Under the pieces are notes generated by a model, which saw nothing but the letters and a program-made list of their open reading frames with translations, had not been told where the DNA came from and did no database searches. Source: Leptogorgia sarmentosa (Eukaryota). Taken from it: 64,000 nt of DNA. The position numbers and the translations under genes are program-made. Location: the NCBI GenBank assembly GCA_964658305.1, contig OZ210885.1, positions 2,108,001-2,172,000 of the forward strand, read 5' to 3'. The number at the start of each line of letters is the position of its first letter. The first letter of the stretch is position 1. Shown piece by piece: positions 1-13,310 of this stretch.

Positions 1-910
1 GTGCTTGACATATTGATTCGAAAGCTGGCTACAAATGGAATCACAACAGACTTTAGTCTATGACTATGTCATGGTCGCCTGTGGGCGAACAATGTTTGAA
101 AAATGTCAAGAATAGACGAAAAATCACAGCCCGACATAGCAAAAGTGGCCACTTATCAAAAGGCCACTTATCGCCGTTCGGGTTTTTTTACAAAAATCGC
201 TAGTTTTTTCAGGCAGCACCATACAAAATTTGGCAAAAACTGGTCATTATTATGAAAACCAAACATTCACCAAATTTATGTTACATATAAATGATTCATA
301 TCTTCCTAAAACTATTTTTTGCGAGTTTTGTACAAGTTTTTTCAACAAAAAACAGAAATGTTTTTGTTTTGGCCGTGTCTACATTGCGTGAAAAGACTGG
401 GGCCGATTTGGCTTCAAGTTTCTGGCCGGAAGTAGCCTTCCAGTTTTATTTAGTTCAATGGTGAGATCCCACCTAAGCGGGCTAGCCCGGTTTGCATGTA
501 AAGTCGAATTGTTATAATTAATAAGAAATTAGTATGAAGCCGGGCGCCTCGTTGAAGCGGGCCAGCCAAACCGGGCTCATGTAAACAGCCCCTTAGTAAA
601 GTGAGGAAAGCATAAGCGCTACATCGTTCAAACAAAATTAATGTAGCTGAATTCATAAAAGCCCAACTTAAATTTTGACGTATAATACATGTATTTTCGT
701 AAAGTATTGCTCAAGATATTAGCATTTCAATTTGCAACTGCATTTTTAAAATGTAGTAGGATTGATTTCCAATAGAAAAAGTTTGGTCGGTAAAAACAAT
801 CCCAAAGAGAATGTTTTTACGGATAAATAGATTGAATTTTCAATCGTTTGAATTTAGAGAGCAGATCGCTGGAAACGGCCATTTCAGAGTCTTAACTCTA
901 CCTTTTTCAG

Positions 911-2362
911 ATTGTGATAATGGGGGATGTGTCGCACCCGCACCCCTCACACATTACGAGAAAATCTACAAGCCGTACTGAACGTCCGAATGACACTGAA
1001 GAAGAAATTCCTGATGATGATCATTATATTTGTAAGTTTAATGAACGTTTTTCACTATACAAACAACCATTCACAAAACCACCGAGCAAATAGTCAAAAT
1101 GGTAAATATTCAGTATTGTCCTTCATTTTCCTGTTCACCCCTAATTCTTTTATCGTTTAACAGACTCTCAACAATGTGGTAAAGCATGCAAAGATAAAAG
1201 TCATTTGGCGACACACGGACGAATTCACACAGGCGAAAGATCTTTCCAATGTGAACAATGTGGTAAGGCTTTTAATCAGCAAATCAACTTACAGACACAC
1301 GAACGAGTACACACTGGAGAAAAACCTTTCCAGTGTGAACAATGTGGTAAGACATTTAGTCGCCCAAGTAACTTGAAGAGACACGAACGAGTGCACACTG
1401 GAGAAAAACCTTTCCAGTGTGAACAATGTGGTAAGACATTTAATCGCCCAAGTAACTTGAAGACACACGAACGAGTGCACACTGGAGAAAAACCTTTCCA
1501 GTGTGAAAAATGTGGCAGGAAATTTAGTCTGAAATGTAACTTGAAGAGACACGAACGAGTGTACACTGGAGAAAAACCTTTCCAATGTGAACAAGGTGGT
1601 AAGACATTTAATCAGCAAATCAACTTACAAACACACGAACGAGTACACACTGGAGAAAAACCTTTCCAGTGTGAACAATGTGCCAGGAAATTTAGTCAAA
1701 AAGGTGACTTGAAGAGACACGAACGAGTGCACACTGGAGAAAAACCTTTCCAGTGTGAACAATGTGGCAGGAAATTTAGTCAAAAAGGTGACTTGAAGAG
1801 ACACGAACGAGGGCACACTGGAGAAAAACCTTTCCAGTGTGAACAATGTGGTAAGACATTTAGTCGCCCAAGTAACTTGAAGACACACGAACGAGTGCAC
1901 ACTGGAGAAAAACCTTTCCAGTGTGAACAATGTGGTAAGACATTTAATCACCCAAGTAACTTGAAGACACACGAAGGAATTCACAATGGAGAAAAACCTT
2001 TCCAGTGTGAACAATGTGCCAGGAAATTTAGTCAAAAAGGTGACTTGAAGAGACACGAACGAGTACACACTGGAGAAAAACCTTTCCATTGTGAATAATG
2101 TGGTAAGACATTTAGTCAACGAAGTCACTTGAAGACACACGAACGAGTGCACATTGGAGAAAAACCTTTCCAGTGTGAACAATGTGCCAGGAAATTTAGT
2201 CAAAAAGGTGACTTGAAGAGACACGAACGAGTGCACACTGGAGAAAAACCTTTCCAGTGTGAACAATGTGGCAGGAAATTTAGTCAAAAAGGTGACTTGA
2301 AGAGGCATGAACGAGGGCACTGGGGTCATGCAACTAATGCAAAGCGTTTAGTCTCCATTTAG
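911..2362 (+). pseudogene. PRDM9-like / C2H2 zinc-finger gene remnant: SSXRD-like exon plus a 14-repeat ZF array, PR/SET domain absent, premature stop
   Basis: Exon ~911/948-1031 reads ..RKSTSRTERPNDTEEEIPDDDHYI t|gtaagt (phase 1). The acceptor aacag|ac at 1164 continues in frame as YSQQCGKACKDKSHLATHGRIH, then 84-bp repeats (FQCEQCGKxFxxxxxLKxHERVHTGEKP). TAA at 2096-2098 replaces CAA inside a finger. Some fingers have lost ligands (CEQG, HERVY). The ZF call is certain; the PRDM9 relationship is inference. Confidence 0.75.
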
Positions 2363-3738
2363 TCTCAACGGGGGCGAAAGATCTTCCTAATTATAATGTC
2401 AACAATGTGAATGTTTTTCACGACAAACTACCTTCTAAGTACACGTACGAACTCACAGCAGAGATACGAGCCTTTCATAGTCAAGCATGTAGTAATATAT
2501 TCACACCATGATGAACAAGGTGGCTCCCTAGTAGTTTTAACAAAATGTTGTAGTCGATTGAATACAATTTATTTCCTCTTGATACAACGTATAAACGTGA
2601 AACACCTTTTGTGTATATCTTAGATTACGAAAATTGATAATTTTATACACCTTGCGGTTTCATTTAATCCCGCAATGTTTCAAAAAAATTACCAAAGGGA
2701 AAGCGACGAAAATGCGATTTTCTCGTATGACGTCACAAAAAATTCAAATTTTTAATTTCACGTAAGCTGTTAATTTTCACATGTGGTCATTACACGTTCG
2801 GATGAACGCGTGTAAAAATTGATATTGTGCCTTTCTATTTGTGGTTGACGCTTTTTTCCGATTTCACTGAGTTGCGAAAAAGACGTCACTGAAGATTCGT
2901 TGAAAATTCGGCATTTTCTAGATTTTTAAAATTGTGGTGTTTCACGACTTTGTTTCCCACTACGCTGTATCAGTTTTCGAAGATTTTCGTTCGTCCACTT
3001 GTTCTAACACAGGATCAAACAATCGTACAATTTCTGATGACAACTTATATTAATATGGCTTGTCCACCTTCTAATACTGTATTTCCTTTATTGATAACGT
3101 GCTGCATTGTGGTTTTAGTGGTTCATTGATATATTAAATATTTTTATTTTTATTTAATATTATTAATATTAAATGTCCCCTGTAAGAGCTCTAAGGAAAG
3201 CTATGCACATTTTCACCCAACCAATCAACGTTTTCATTCAAGGACAAAATCTTGAATATCGGTGATACCACTAAAACAACAATTACCAATATAACGCTAC
3301 GAATTTACTAATAAGAGGAGTTTCATATTGGTTGAAAAATTGAAGTTTTGACTCAAACATTTCGTACGCGTCCGGACAAAACTTTCTTATATGCATATAT
3401 CTTTTCTATTGTATATATATTATAGTCGGATTGCTCCATCACATAATGGAGTTTTGGTACAACTGTAAATTGATATTTAATGGCAATTCATATTAATTTA
3501 AAATTAACTATATAGTGTAATTTGATATCGAATCATAAATTATGGTAATGCATGTGCAGGGAAAATGGGTGTCGCTAGAGTTGTATATTTGCCCACAGCA
3601 ACATTCGACTGCCGGTTTGTTTGTTTCGCATATTTTCCCGCCCATATTACACTTGCGTTTAAGAGCGGTCGTCGGTAAAAATTTAACCAAAGGTGTGCAA
3701 TATAGAAAAAAATGAAATTTTCCTTTTTCGGCCCCAAT

Positions 3739-4003
3739 AGGGCCATTTATACGAGGAAGAATAAGCCGCGGCTTAAACAGGCCGCGGCTAAAATAAGTCG
3801 CGAACGTAACCGTTTAAACGCACAATTTCTTCGCGACTAAAATAAGCCGCGGCTAATTTAAGACGAGGCAGGAACCCTGGGCTAAAATTAGCCGCGGCTT
3901 ATTTTAGTCGCGAAGAAATTGTGCGTTTATACAGACGTTCGCGACTTATTTTAGCCGCGGCCTAAATAGGCCGCGGCTTATTCTTCCTCGTATAAATGGC
4001 CCT
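3739..4003. mobile_element. Palindromic MITE, PIF/Harbinger-like
   Basis: TIR agggccatttatacgaggaagaataagccgcgg / ccgcggcttattcttcctcgtataaatggccct, flanked by aat on both sides. Almost fully self-complementary. Confidence 0.75.
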
Positions 4004-4039
4004 AATGTACGCCTAGATGAACTAGACAAGGAAACTTCC

Positions 4040-4365
4040 CCTTTTCACATGTGTTAAATTGAACATGTGAATTTGGAACACGTGAATCTACCCATGTCAA
4101 TTTCCACATGCATGTGAGAAATTGAACATGTTATTTTGCAACATGTGAATCTACACATGTGAATTTCCACATGTGTGAAAGCTTAAACATGTGAAGGCTT
4201 CCCGTATGTGAAATTTCACACACATGAATTTGTTCACACATGTGAATAATTATCAAATATTTCTAGCCGTCACATATGTGAAGCCCGACATGTGAATGCT
4301 CAGATGACTTCACGTCTTACACATGTGAATTCACACATGTGCAGCTTCATGTGTTCACACAGGTG
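4040..4365. repeat. Degenerate short tandem repeat rich in CACATGTG/ACATGTGAA
   Basis: Many imperfect acatgtgaa units in series. Confidence 0.6.
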
Positions 4366-4789
4366 TTAAAATGGGATTTTAATTCAAATAAAGAACTACT
4401 TCCACTATACATGTTAAAAAAATTATTATTAGATTTGGCGCAACGTATGTCAGTAATGTTTTTCATTGTTAAAAGACGAAAAATTATGTTCAAATAAATA
4501 TTTATACACATGAGAAATGTTAAGGTTAAGTAACACACGCAATACTTGTCTTGAAAAAAAAACTTTCTACAGGCTTCATGAAACACTCGCAAGGTACTGT
4601 GAATTCTAAAGGTCTACAAATTTGGTATTTTTCGCACATTTTCCCGCCTTTTGTGTATTTTTGTATTTCTCTGGTTGAAGGATTTAAAACCATATTTTAA
4701 TACGTTAAAACGATCTAACTTTACCTTCTACTAACCTGTATCTTTTTCACAATTTATTCAGCTATAGGCCAAAGCCTACACCATATATC

Positions 4790-5770
4790 ACTATACAAAT
4801 AATGAATGTTTATGAGTGCAATGGTAAGAATATTTTCATGAGGTGAAAGATGGAATGTTCCATTCAACGAGGCGAAGCCGAGGATTCGCCATTACACAAA
4901 TGCGTGCGATAATAACATTTTGAGTGATTGAAAATAATTAAAACCACCGTGCAATGGAAAGAAATATTTGCACGGTTCCATTGCACGATCATGAAAATGG
5001 GAATTTCTATTTTATATCACGTGATCGTAAATAACCAATTAAATCGCGTTAATTTAACAAAGTGTTATATAAAAAGTAATATTTGATACTTCAATATGTT
5101 CAATGAAGTCAAAATATCGCCAAAATGTTGTATCTTGTTTACAATAACTTAAATTAAATCTTAAATTTATACTGCCCCCAGATATTGCAATATGCGTAAA
5201 CACTTATAAAAAAAACATTTATATTCATAATAAGGATGAGCATAGTATTTGGACCAAATTGATTATTTGATACGCCAGCGCGTAGCCTCGGTCGATACTG
5301 TGCACTGATACATATTATATAACACTTTGTTAAATTAACGCGATTTAATTGGTTATTTACGATCACGTGATATAAAATAGAAATTCCCATTTTCATGATC
5401 GTGCAATGGAACCGTGCAAATATTTCTTTCCATTGCACGGTGGTTTTAATTATTTTCAATCACTCAAAATGTTATTATCGCACGCATTTAATGGTGAATC
5501 TATCAACGTGGCGCGACCATGTGAGCGATGGAATTTTATTTAGTAAACTAACAAAACAAAATGGCGGGTATTTCGTGTCAATGATTTATTTTGGTGTCAT
5601 ATAAAACAAATAATGAATGTTTATTTCGTGCAATGGAAAGAATATTTTCATTCGGTGAAAGATGGAATGTTCCATTCAACTCGGCTTCGCCTCGTTGAAT
5701 AGAACATTCCATCTTTCACCTCATGAAAATATTCTTACCATTGCACTCATAAACATTCATTATTTGTATA
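4790..5770. repeat. Composite foldback of non-autonomous palindromic elements
   Basis: 4897-5071 is the reverse complement of ~5316-5489. 4790-4882 is the reverse complement of the right arm of the palindrome at ~5605-5769. GCGAAGC-type apex motifs lie at 4872, 5280 and 5684. Confidence 0.75.
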
Positions 5771-6082
5771 ATATAAAATAGCCTTTTATAAACACGGGCA
5801 ATGATCAGTGGCGTAACGCAACCTCTGGGGGCCGTTAGTAGGCTGAATTTACCACTTATGTCTACACAACGGCAAACCTCACTTTGTTACAGAATAGACT
5901 CGAACCCGAAGTTGAATTTAATGAATTTCGCTTCCCTCTTCCAAACCTGCCTATCTGTCTGTTTTTCGTATTTGAATTCCCCAGAAATGTGCTATCAAAT
6001 GTTTATGTTCATTTTGTCGGGGGCCCCTAAAGTTCGGGTTAGGGTTACTAGCTTAGGTAGTTAGTAGAAGCACCGACTTCTA

Positions 6083-7051
6083 CTAACCGTGGTAGAAGTG
6101 ACCATGGTAGAAGTGACCGTGGTAGAAGTGACCGTGGTAGAAGTGACCATGGTAGAAGTGACCATGGTAGAAGTGACCATGGTAGAAGTGGCCATGGTAG
6201 AAGTGACCATGGTAGAAGCGACCATGGTAGAAGTGGCCATGGTAGAAGTGACCATGGTAGAAGTGACCATGGTAGAAGTGACCATGGTAGAAGCGACCAT
6301 GGTAGAAGCGACCATGGTAGAAGTGGCCATGGTAGAAGTGACCATGGTAGAAGCGACCATGGTAGAAGTGGCCATGGTAGAAGTGACCATGGTAGAAGCG
6401 ACCATGGTAGAAGCGACCATGGTAGAAGTGGCCATGGTAGAAGTGACCATGGTAGAAGTGACCATGGTAGAAGTGACCATGGTAGAAGTGACCATGGTAG
6501 AAGTGACCATGGTAGAAGCGACCATGGTAGAAGTGACCATGGTAGAAGTGACCATGGTAGAAGTGACCATGGTAGAAGTGACCATGGTAGAAGTGGCCAT
6601 GGTAGAAGTGACCATGGTAGAAGTGACCATGGTAGAAGTGACCATGGTAGAAGTGACCATGGTAGAAGTGGCCATGGTAGAAGTGACCATGGTAGAAGTG
6701 ACCATGGTAGAAGTGACCATGGTAGAAGCGACCATGGTAGAAGCGACCATGGTAGAAGTGGCCATGGTAGAAGTGACCATGGTAGAAGTGACCATGGTAG
6801 AAGTGACCATGGTAGAAGTGACCATGGTAGAAGTGACCATGGTAGAAGCGACCATGGTAGAAGTGACCATGGTAGAAGTGACCATGGTAGAAGTGACCAT
6901 GGTAGAAGTGACCATGGTAGAAGTGGCCATGGTAGAAGTGACCATGGTAGAAGTGACCATGGTAGAAGTGACCATGGTAGAAGCGACCATGGTAGAAGTG
7001 ACCATGGTAGAAGTGACCATGGTAGAAGTGGCCATGGTAGAAGTGACCATG
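6083..7051. repeat. 15-bp minisatellite (CCATGGTAGAAGTGA)n, about 64 copies
   Basis: Directly visible, with three main variants (gtgacc, gtggcc, gcgacc). A hairpin gttagtagaag..cttctactaac and a gggttagggtta motif lie on the left flank. Confidence 0.97.
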
Positions 7052-9120
7052 TATGTACTGACTATGCATTATTCCGCTCCGTTTTCCGTACTCCGTGTTG
7101 CTACTCCATGCTTACTATAGATTATGGCATCCTTGTAGAGTCAGCAGAGCTGGAGCTACTGTATGTCAATGTGCCTCATGGATAATTACATGTGCAGGCT
7201 TTTCGGTAGAATAAATAAATTGTGAACTACCTCCGTAAGATTAAAGGATAATTGAGCATTTCTAGAGGTAGGTAACAATACAAAGAATATACAGTATGTC
7301 ATGTATGTTCTTTTAAATTACTCATGATGTTTATAATCATACAGTATATAGTGTAGATTATATATTGTGTTGTCTAGCCGTAAAAATCCAGCTAACTGTC
7401 CTTGGAATCGTTCATTAGAAGAACTTGCTGAATTGAACTAAATTCCGTAAAATAATATATTATGTACAACTACGTTTTGCGTCCGATAGTTTGAACAGCG
7501 GAGCTGTTTAGATTTAGGTGTGGTAGAGCATTGATATCTACTCTACTGTCATAGTATTTTTGTTATTTACTGTACGATAACGCCGACTGTATTCAAGTAT
7601 GAGGCGAATGCGAAATTTAGTGTGTGACAGCAAGCCGAGCAAGGTTTAATTCGTACACAAATTCCTGGCCCTTCTCTCTCTATATATATATGAGCAACCG
7701 AAATAGGTTAGGGTTAGAATAGGGATTGAACCAATTGCATTTATTGGAGCTATATTATAAGCCTGCAAACTTGTACAGCAGACAGTATACATAATTACAT
7801 TCAAGCAATGAACAAGCATTGCTGGTGACGATGCCTCTTACTGGTAATTCGCGGGAGGGTCTTTGAAATTTGCTAAATATTTAAACTTTGTAACAAAGGA
7901 AATATATACGGTTTTGAAAAATCGGAATGCTTTTAATTTGAAATCAGTGCGCTATCATAAAAATATTTTCATTCACTCCTCTGTGACCTTGCGTTGTTGC
8001 GCATAGTAACCTCACGCGATGTCCGCTCGACCAATCACGCTCGTCGGATATACTATAATGGCATTTGGAATTTGGATATTTTTGTTTTGTGTTCGATATT
8101 ATATGACCGATATTTTGTTACCAATTTGTCGTCTGCGATAAAACTGAAATTTGCAGCACTTGGTGAATTCTGTCTGTCGTTATCTTGAATGGTGAAATTG
8201 TGGGATGCAGTGAAGCTATATAATATAGGTGTAGTAAATAAAGTACTAGACTTTTGTCTATATTACGTAAATTTCAAGGGTTTTATAAGTCACGCCTTTG
8301 TACCGCCCTCAAGTGGTTTGCCAAGACGAAAAACTTCTAATCTCTATGGTAAAAGTGAAAGTGCATGAATATTAAGTAATCTGGATTACTTTTCTTGCAC
8401 AAACACCTGCTCAGATGCCAATTATTTATACCAAGAAATTGGGCGAGAACCATTCTGCATGCCATGATCATCAATCCATGTATGTACAATATGTCTTGGC
8501 AGAGTACATACAGGTGGAAATAGGTTCATTAAGACAAACCTAATGCAAGGTTAAATGATGTAAACATTTTACTGATATTTCCACAGACTAGATTGACCAG
8601 ATTATGGGCTCCTAGTCCCCCCCCAAACCCCCTAACCCCTCTTGTCAGCCATGTGTATTAGTTAGTACATAAATGATAAACATGCACATATGATGACTTT
8701 AATACACTGGTCATTTTTAACCAGACAGGATAACTCAAAATGCAATTTGGCAATATGCATCTATATTATGCATCGATCTATAGTACCAACATTATTTTAA
8801 TATTTTTTGGCAGCAGCATGTATTGTGGGAACTACAGTTTGCAATATTATCATTGTTGTTTCATCATATCAACATTGAGGTGTGACGTGGGACAAAATAA
8901 AAAATTTATAAAATAATTTGTTTTGGCTTAGTTAATTATTATTTTAGATTTATTATGGCTTTCTTTTTTAGATTAATTAACTTGTTTTGTCTTTTATTTG
9001 TCATTTTTTCGTACTTCAGTCCGCATCATCCAAACAAGTACCGTGTTTCAAGGGAATTCAAGCATTAACAAGTTTCAATCTTATCCTAATTACTAGTCAG
9101 TTTTTGTTTCTGTTACTGAC

Positions 9121-12100
9121 ATGGCTACAGTTGTTGAGAAAGTTGTGGATCATTACCATAAAGCCATGGAGGCTGGAGGTACTGTATTCTGATTTTGTAT
9201 TTGTAATATGAGTAAAATAATTTCAACGTTTCCAGTCATGCTAACCTCATGCACAGTATTGTGAAGGGCACTGATTTCTATGCATGTGTACATAGTTCTG
9301 CAAGGTAATTGCACAAGTCCTAAATTGTTTAATTACTTGCACTATAAACATTATGTCATGTAATATTTTTTGCTATATGCTTGTGAACACTCATGAGCAA
9401 GCTGGAAAATTATTTGACTTGACCTGAAATCGCGGTCAAGGATTGATGATGATTATGTATTTTTGTTATTGGGTTGTTACTCAGTATTTGTAGCTGTAAA
9501 ATTATAGCAATGACCTTTGAAATCTGTTCTATGCTCTAACATCTGGAAGGCATCATGCTAGTGTACAACTAGGTCAAAACAGTTAATCAAGTCTTGCTCA
9601 GTATGTACTGTACTAATGGCCGGTTTGGATGATGATGTTGGCACTGTTGTGATATTTTGCAATGCAATTAGATTGGTGTACATACAATACTGTACAGTTA
9701 AAAATTACAATTATCTCAACTGGATATTGTTGTGCTTTTCTACAAAAAACTTAATTTTAGACATTTTGATCCAAATAACAAAACGATTTTTCAAGCTGTC
9801 TGATTATACAATGTACTGTGTCATGGTGTTTAAAACATGTACAGTAACTTACAGTATTATTTTTATAACTAATGTATAATGCAATGGGGTGATGCTGTAA
9901 ACTCAACTGGTTTCCTATAATAGCTTTCTCCAGCGTGAATTCTAAACTCTGATTGGCTAAAAGACTGCATCTCAGAATATATATCAGACAGAGGTGTAAA
10001 TATTAAAAAGTGGAATTTTCATGTACCCACTTTTTACGGCCTGGCAAAAATGAACAACTACGCATGCTCCGCAAGTTTAAATTCAGTCGTCATCAGGGGC
10101 CGGTTGTAGAAAAACGTAGTTTAAAAGTTAACTATAGTTAAGTGCGAAAATTGACCAATCAGAAACCCGTATTTCAAAGTTAATTACCATTTAACTACAA
10201 AACGGATAGTTAAGAGTTTTATACAACCGACCCCAAGTCGTCATCCAATCAGATGTACGCATCAAGCACAGATTAAGAGGACTTAATCTGTGCATCAAGT
10301 AACTTGCCGAGCATGCGCACAAAATAGTGGTTACAACAGTTGGACCTCTGCATGTAATTACTCTGTGGTAATACTCTACATCATACGCAATAGATCCTCG
10401 CACAGCAGACTGGCCGTTTATGTCAACGCCATGGTCGACCCTAGGTTTAGTTACTCTGTATGTTATCACGGTCATCCTTGGTCCTCGAATAATGAAGAAT
10501 AAAGAAGCTTTTAATCTCAAATGGCTGCTTGTGGTTTATAATTTTGGCTTGGTCGCTCTGTCTATATACATGTTCTGTGAGGTAAGAATTCATGGATATA
10601 GTATTATTTTATCACATACTTGTAATTTCGATAGGGCGATACAGGGTGTCATTACACGGTATTTGATGATATCATTTTTTACTACCTGTATATTTTTTGT
10701 TACTGATATCACTTGTTTCGTGTCATACGTATTTGTATGACATTGAAAGATTAGCAATTATTGTCTCAATCAAACTGTTTTGAATTTTTTGCGTTGAGCA
10801 CAAGGCATTGTAAATCATTCAAAAAGATGCTCAATGACAAAATTCCCGCCAATTTGTAATTTCACACAAAACACTGCATGCTGAAATGTCTCGGACGTCA
10901 TCGTACACGTCTAATGGACGCCCCCTCAACTATGTGTCATATCTCGTTTTATAGTACTTACTTTCAGTTTCTTCTACTCCTGGTTTTAATTACTGGTGTC
11001 AAGGAGTGGAGCCTGGAATGCATCCGAGTCTCTTAAGGGTACGGTACTTCAATAGAAACATTTATAGTAATTGTAGACATCAGCACAGTTAGTGAAGACG
11101 GTTCGAAGACCGATCGAAACAACAGTATATGGTTCGTTATATCATGTGCAGGTGCGCCACTAAGTTTTTCCCGACTTCATTTTGATGGCGTTGCTGGCCA
11201 AACACACTAGGATTAATGAATTTAAACCTTTTTATCTTCGTCATTTCTCTATTAATTAAAAAAGTACATTTCGAAAATGGTCTAACGTCGAATCTTTTAA
11301 TATATCCTTCAGGTCGGTAGTGAATAGAACTTTTGCTAAGATCGTGATGTTATTATCCTTTACCTGCACTGCAGGCTGACGCATTGAAATTTATTATATT
11401 TTTAGCACGCAAGTGTCACGTGGCTGTATTTTATCTCTAAGTTTGTAGAGTTTTTTGATACAGTAAGTTCCCCCCTTAGCATTGTACGAGAATAATAAAT
11501 TATTCCGACGTTATAAACTAAATTTTGATGCTTGTGAAACACGGAAACGTACTGACTAGTTGTCAAATGGAAATATAATTTTGTGGTAATTTTAGCTCCA
11601 ATTCCCTCATGAAATGTAATTTATTTTGTTTCCAAATTTCCAGTCTACTTTTTTCTCTAAACGTGATCACTAAGTTTCAAATCGAGCAGAGAACTGAGCT
11701 CATTAACATTAGGTTCGGCACATGAAAAGTTTGACGTCTGAACAAGGCCAAAGTCATTATAAAAACTGAACAAAATAGATTTCTACAGTAATGTATTCGG
11801 TAATTTCGGTTGCTTATAAGTTCCAGGCGTTTCATTCACGGTAAGATCAGCTAGAATATTTACAAAATTCATGAACTTCCCAAGACTATAATATTTTCCA
11901 CAATTTACGTTTTACAGTCAAACGTTTTGCAGTTTTAGTAATTTTAAGATGCTCTTTTTAGCTGTGCCGTAATAGATTCCGTTCTTCTTGTCTTAGACTA
12001 AAACTTAATCTATAAATGGAAGCATTTATATTTGTCTTTTCTAAGTCCATTTATAGCAATGAAAGTAGTGATCATTTCCCGAACTGTATTATTTCACTAT

Positions 12101-13310
12101 AGATTTTTTTCATTCTTCGCAAAAAAAGTAACCAAGTTAGTTTCCTTCACGTGTACCATCACATCAGTGTGTGTATATTATGGTGGACTGTGGTAAAATG
12201 GAACCCTGGTAGGTGAAAATGAAGCACGCTATTCATCGTTTTTCGTAGCCGAGACAAAGCTGTGTAAATATAGTTCAACGTATTATCCTATTTTCACGCT
12301 AAGGTGGAACGATTATTGCATGGAGTTTATATTATCAGGTGTAGGAAAGGGGGAGGGAAGATCAAGGCCTTTCCCATTTTCTGAAATGTCGAATGACAAT
12401 CACAATGGTTGAAACCACTAACAGCAATATCCTTTTTTTTTGTTTTCAGGTGGAACAAGTAAGTGAACTGCAATGATCAACAACAATACATTTAAGTGTT
12501 TTTTATTTTTATGTAAAGAACAGTTCACACCAGCGACTTTTTGTTGTGATTTTGTTAGTTTGATAGATGTGATAGCAAATTGTTTTCTCGAGACAATAAT
12601 CATAGAATAATTTGATGTAGAGAGGAAAACCAAAAAGATTTTGGGTTTTGAACACATTTCGTCGAAAATGCGCGACATAGGAAAAATTATCCTCTCAACA
12701 TAGCATAACTAATAAGCAATATATGTTTAACTTTGTAGCCTTTTTCGGAGCTTCACTGAATTGCTTTGTTCACATTGTTATGTATTTCTACTACATGGTG
12801 TCAGCACTTGGTCCTGAATACAGGAAATATTTGTGGTGGAAGAAATACTTAACTTCGTTACAATTGGTAAGTCAATGGAGTATATCGAGGTCACTTATCA
12901 AATAATCAATTCAGCGATTAAACTGAGTGTGGCGCTGAACTATACCGTGTGTCCCTCAAAAAACTATTCCTGTTTGATTTCGTGTTGAGGAACTGAGAAC
13001 AAGGCCCAAATTTGCTTCTTGACCACCACGCCATACGTGAGATGTTGTGAAAGTTAGGCCTTTAGACGTTTTCAATATGGACCACACAGGAACTTTGTTA
13101 ATCCTTTCTTCCTATTTTTTTCAGCTTCAATTCACTTTATTGCTGCTGTATATTTCACATGCATTAACTATGAAAGACTGTACGTTTCCACACTGGGTAT
13201 TTGGTTTATTTTTCTGCTATGCTATTTCGCTTATCCTATTGTTTGCCAACTTCTTTATCCGAGAATATATACATCGAGCGACAGCAAAAGAGCAATCAAA
13301 GTCGGACTAA
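9121..13310 (+). CDS. ELOVL: ELOVL (GNS1/SUR4) very-long-chain fatty acid elongase, paralogue A, about 271 aa, 8 coding exons
   Basis: GT-AG exons 9121-9178, 10394-10581, 10955-11038, 11406-11462, 12103-12208, 12450-12458, 12739-12866 and 13125-13310 sum to 816 nt in frame. Motifs: [55 protein letters not shown]. Confidence 0.95.

Noticed and set aside
1276..2329. Long antisense ORFs over the ZF array
   Set aside because: Stop-free shadow frames typical of C2H2 repeats.
6061..7120. 328-343 aa ORFs (MVEVT, HGHFY, MVTST repeats)
   Set aside because: Products of a stop-free 15-bp minisatellite, with no supporting gene structure.
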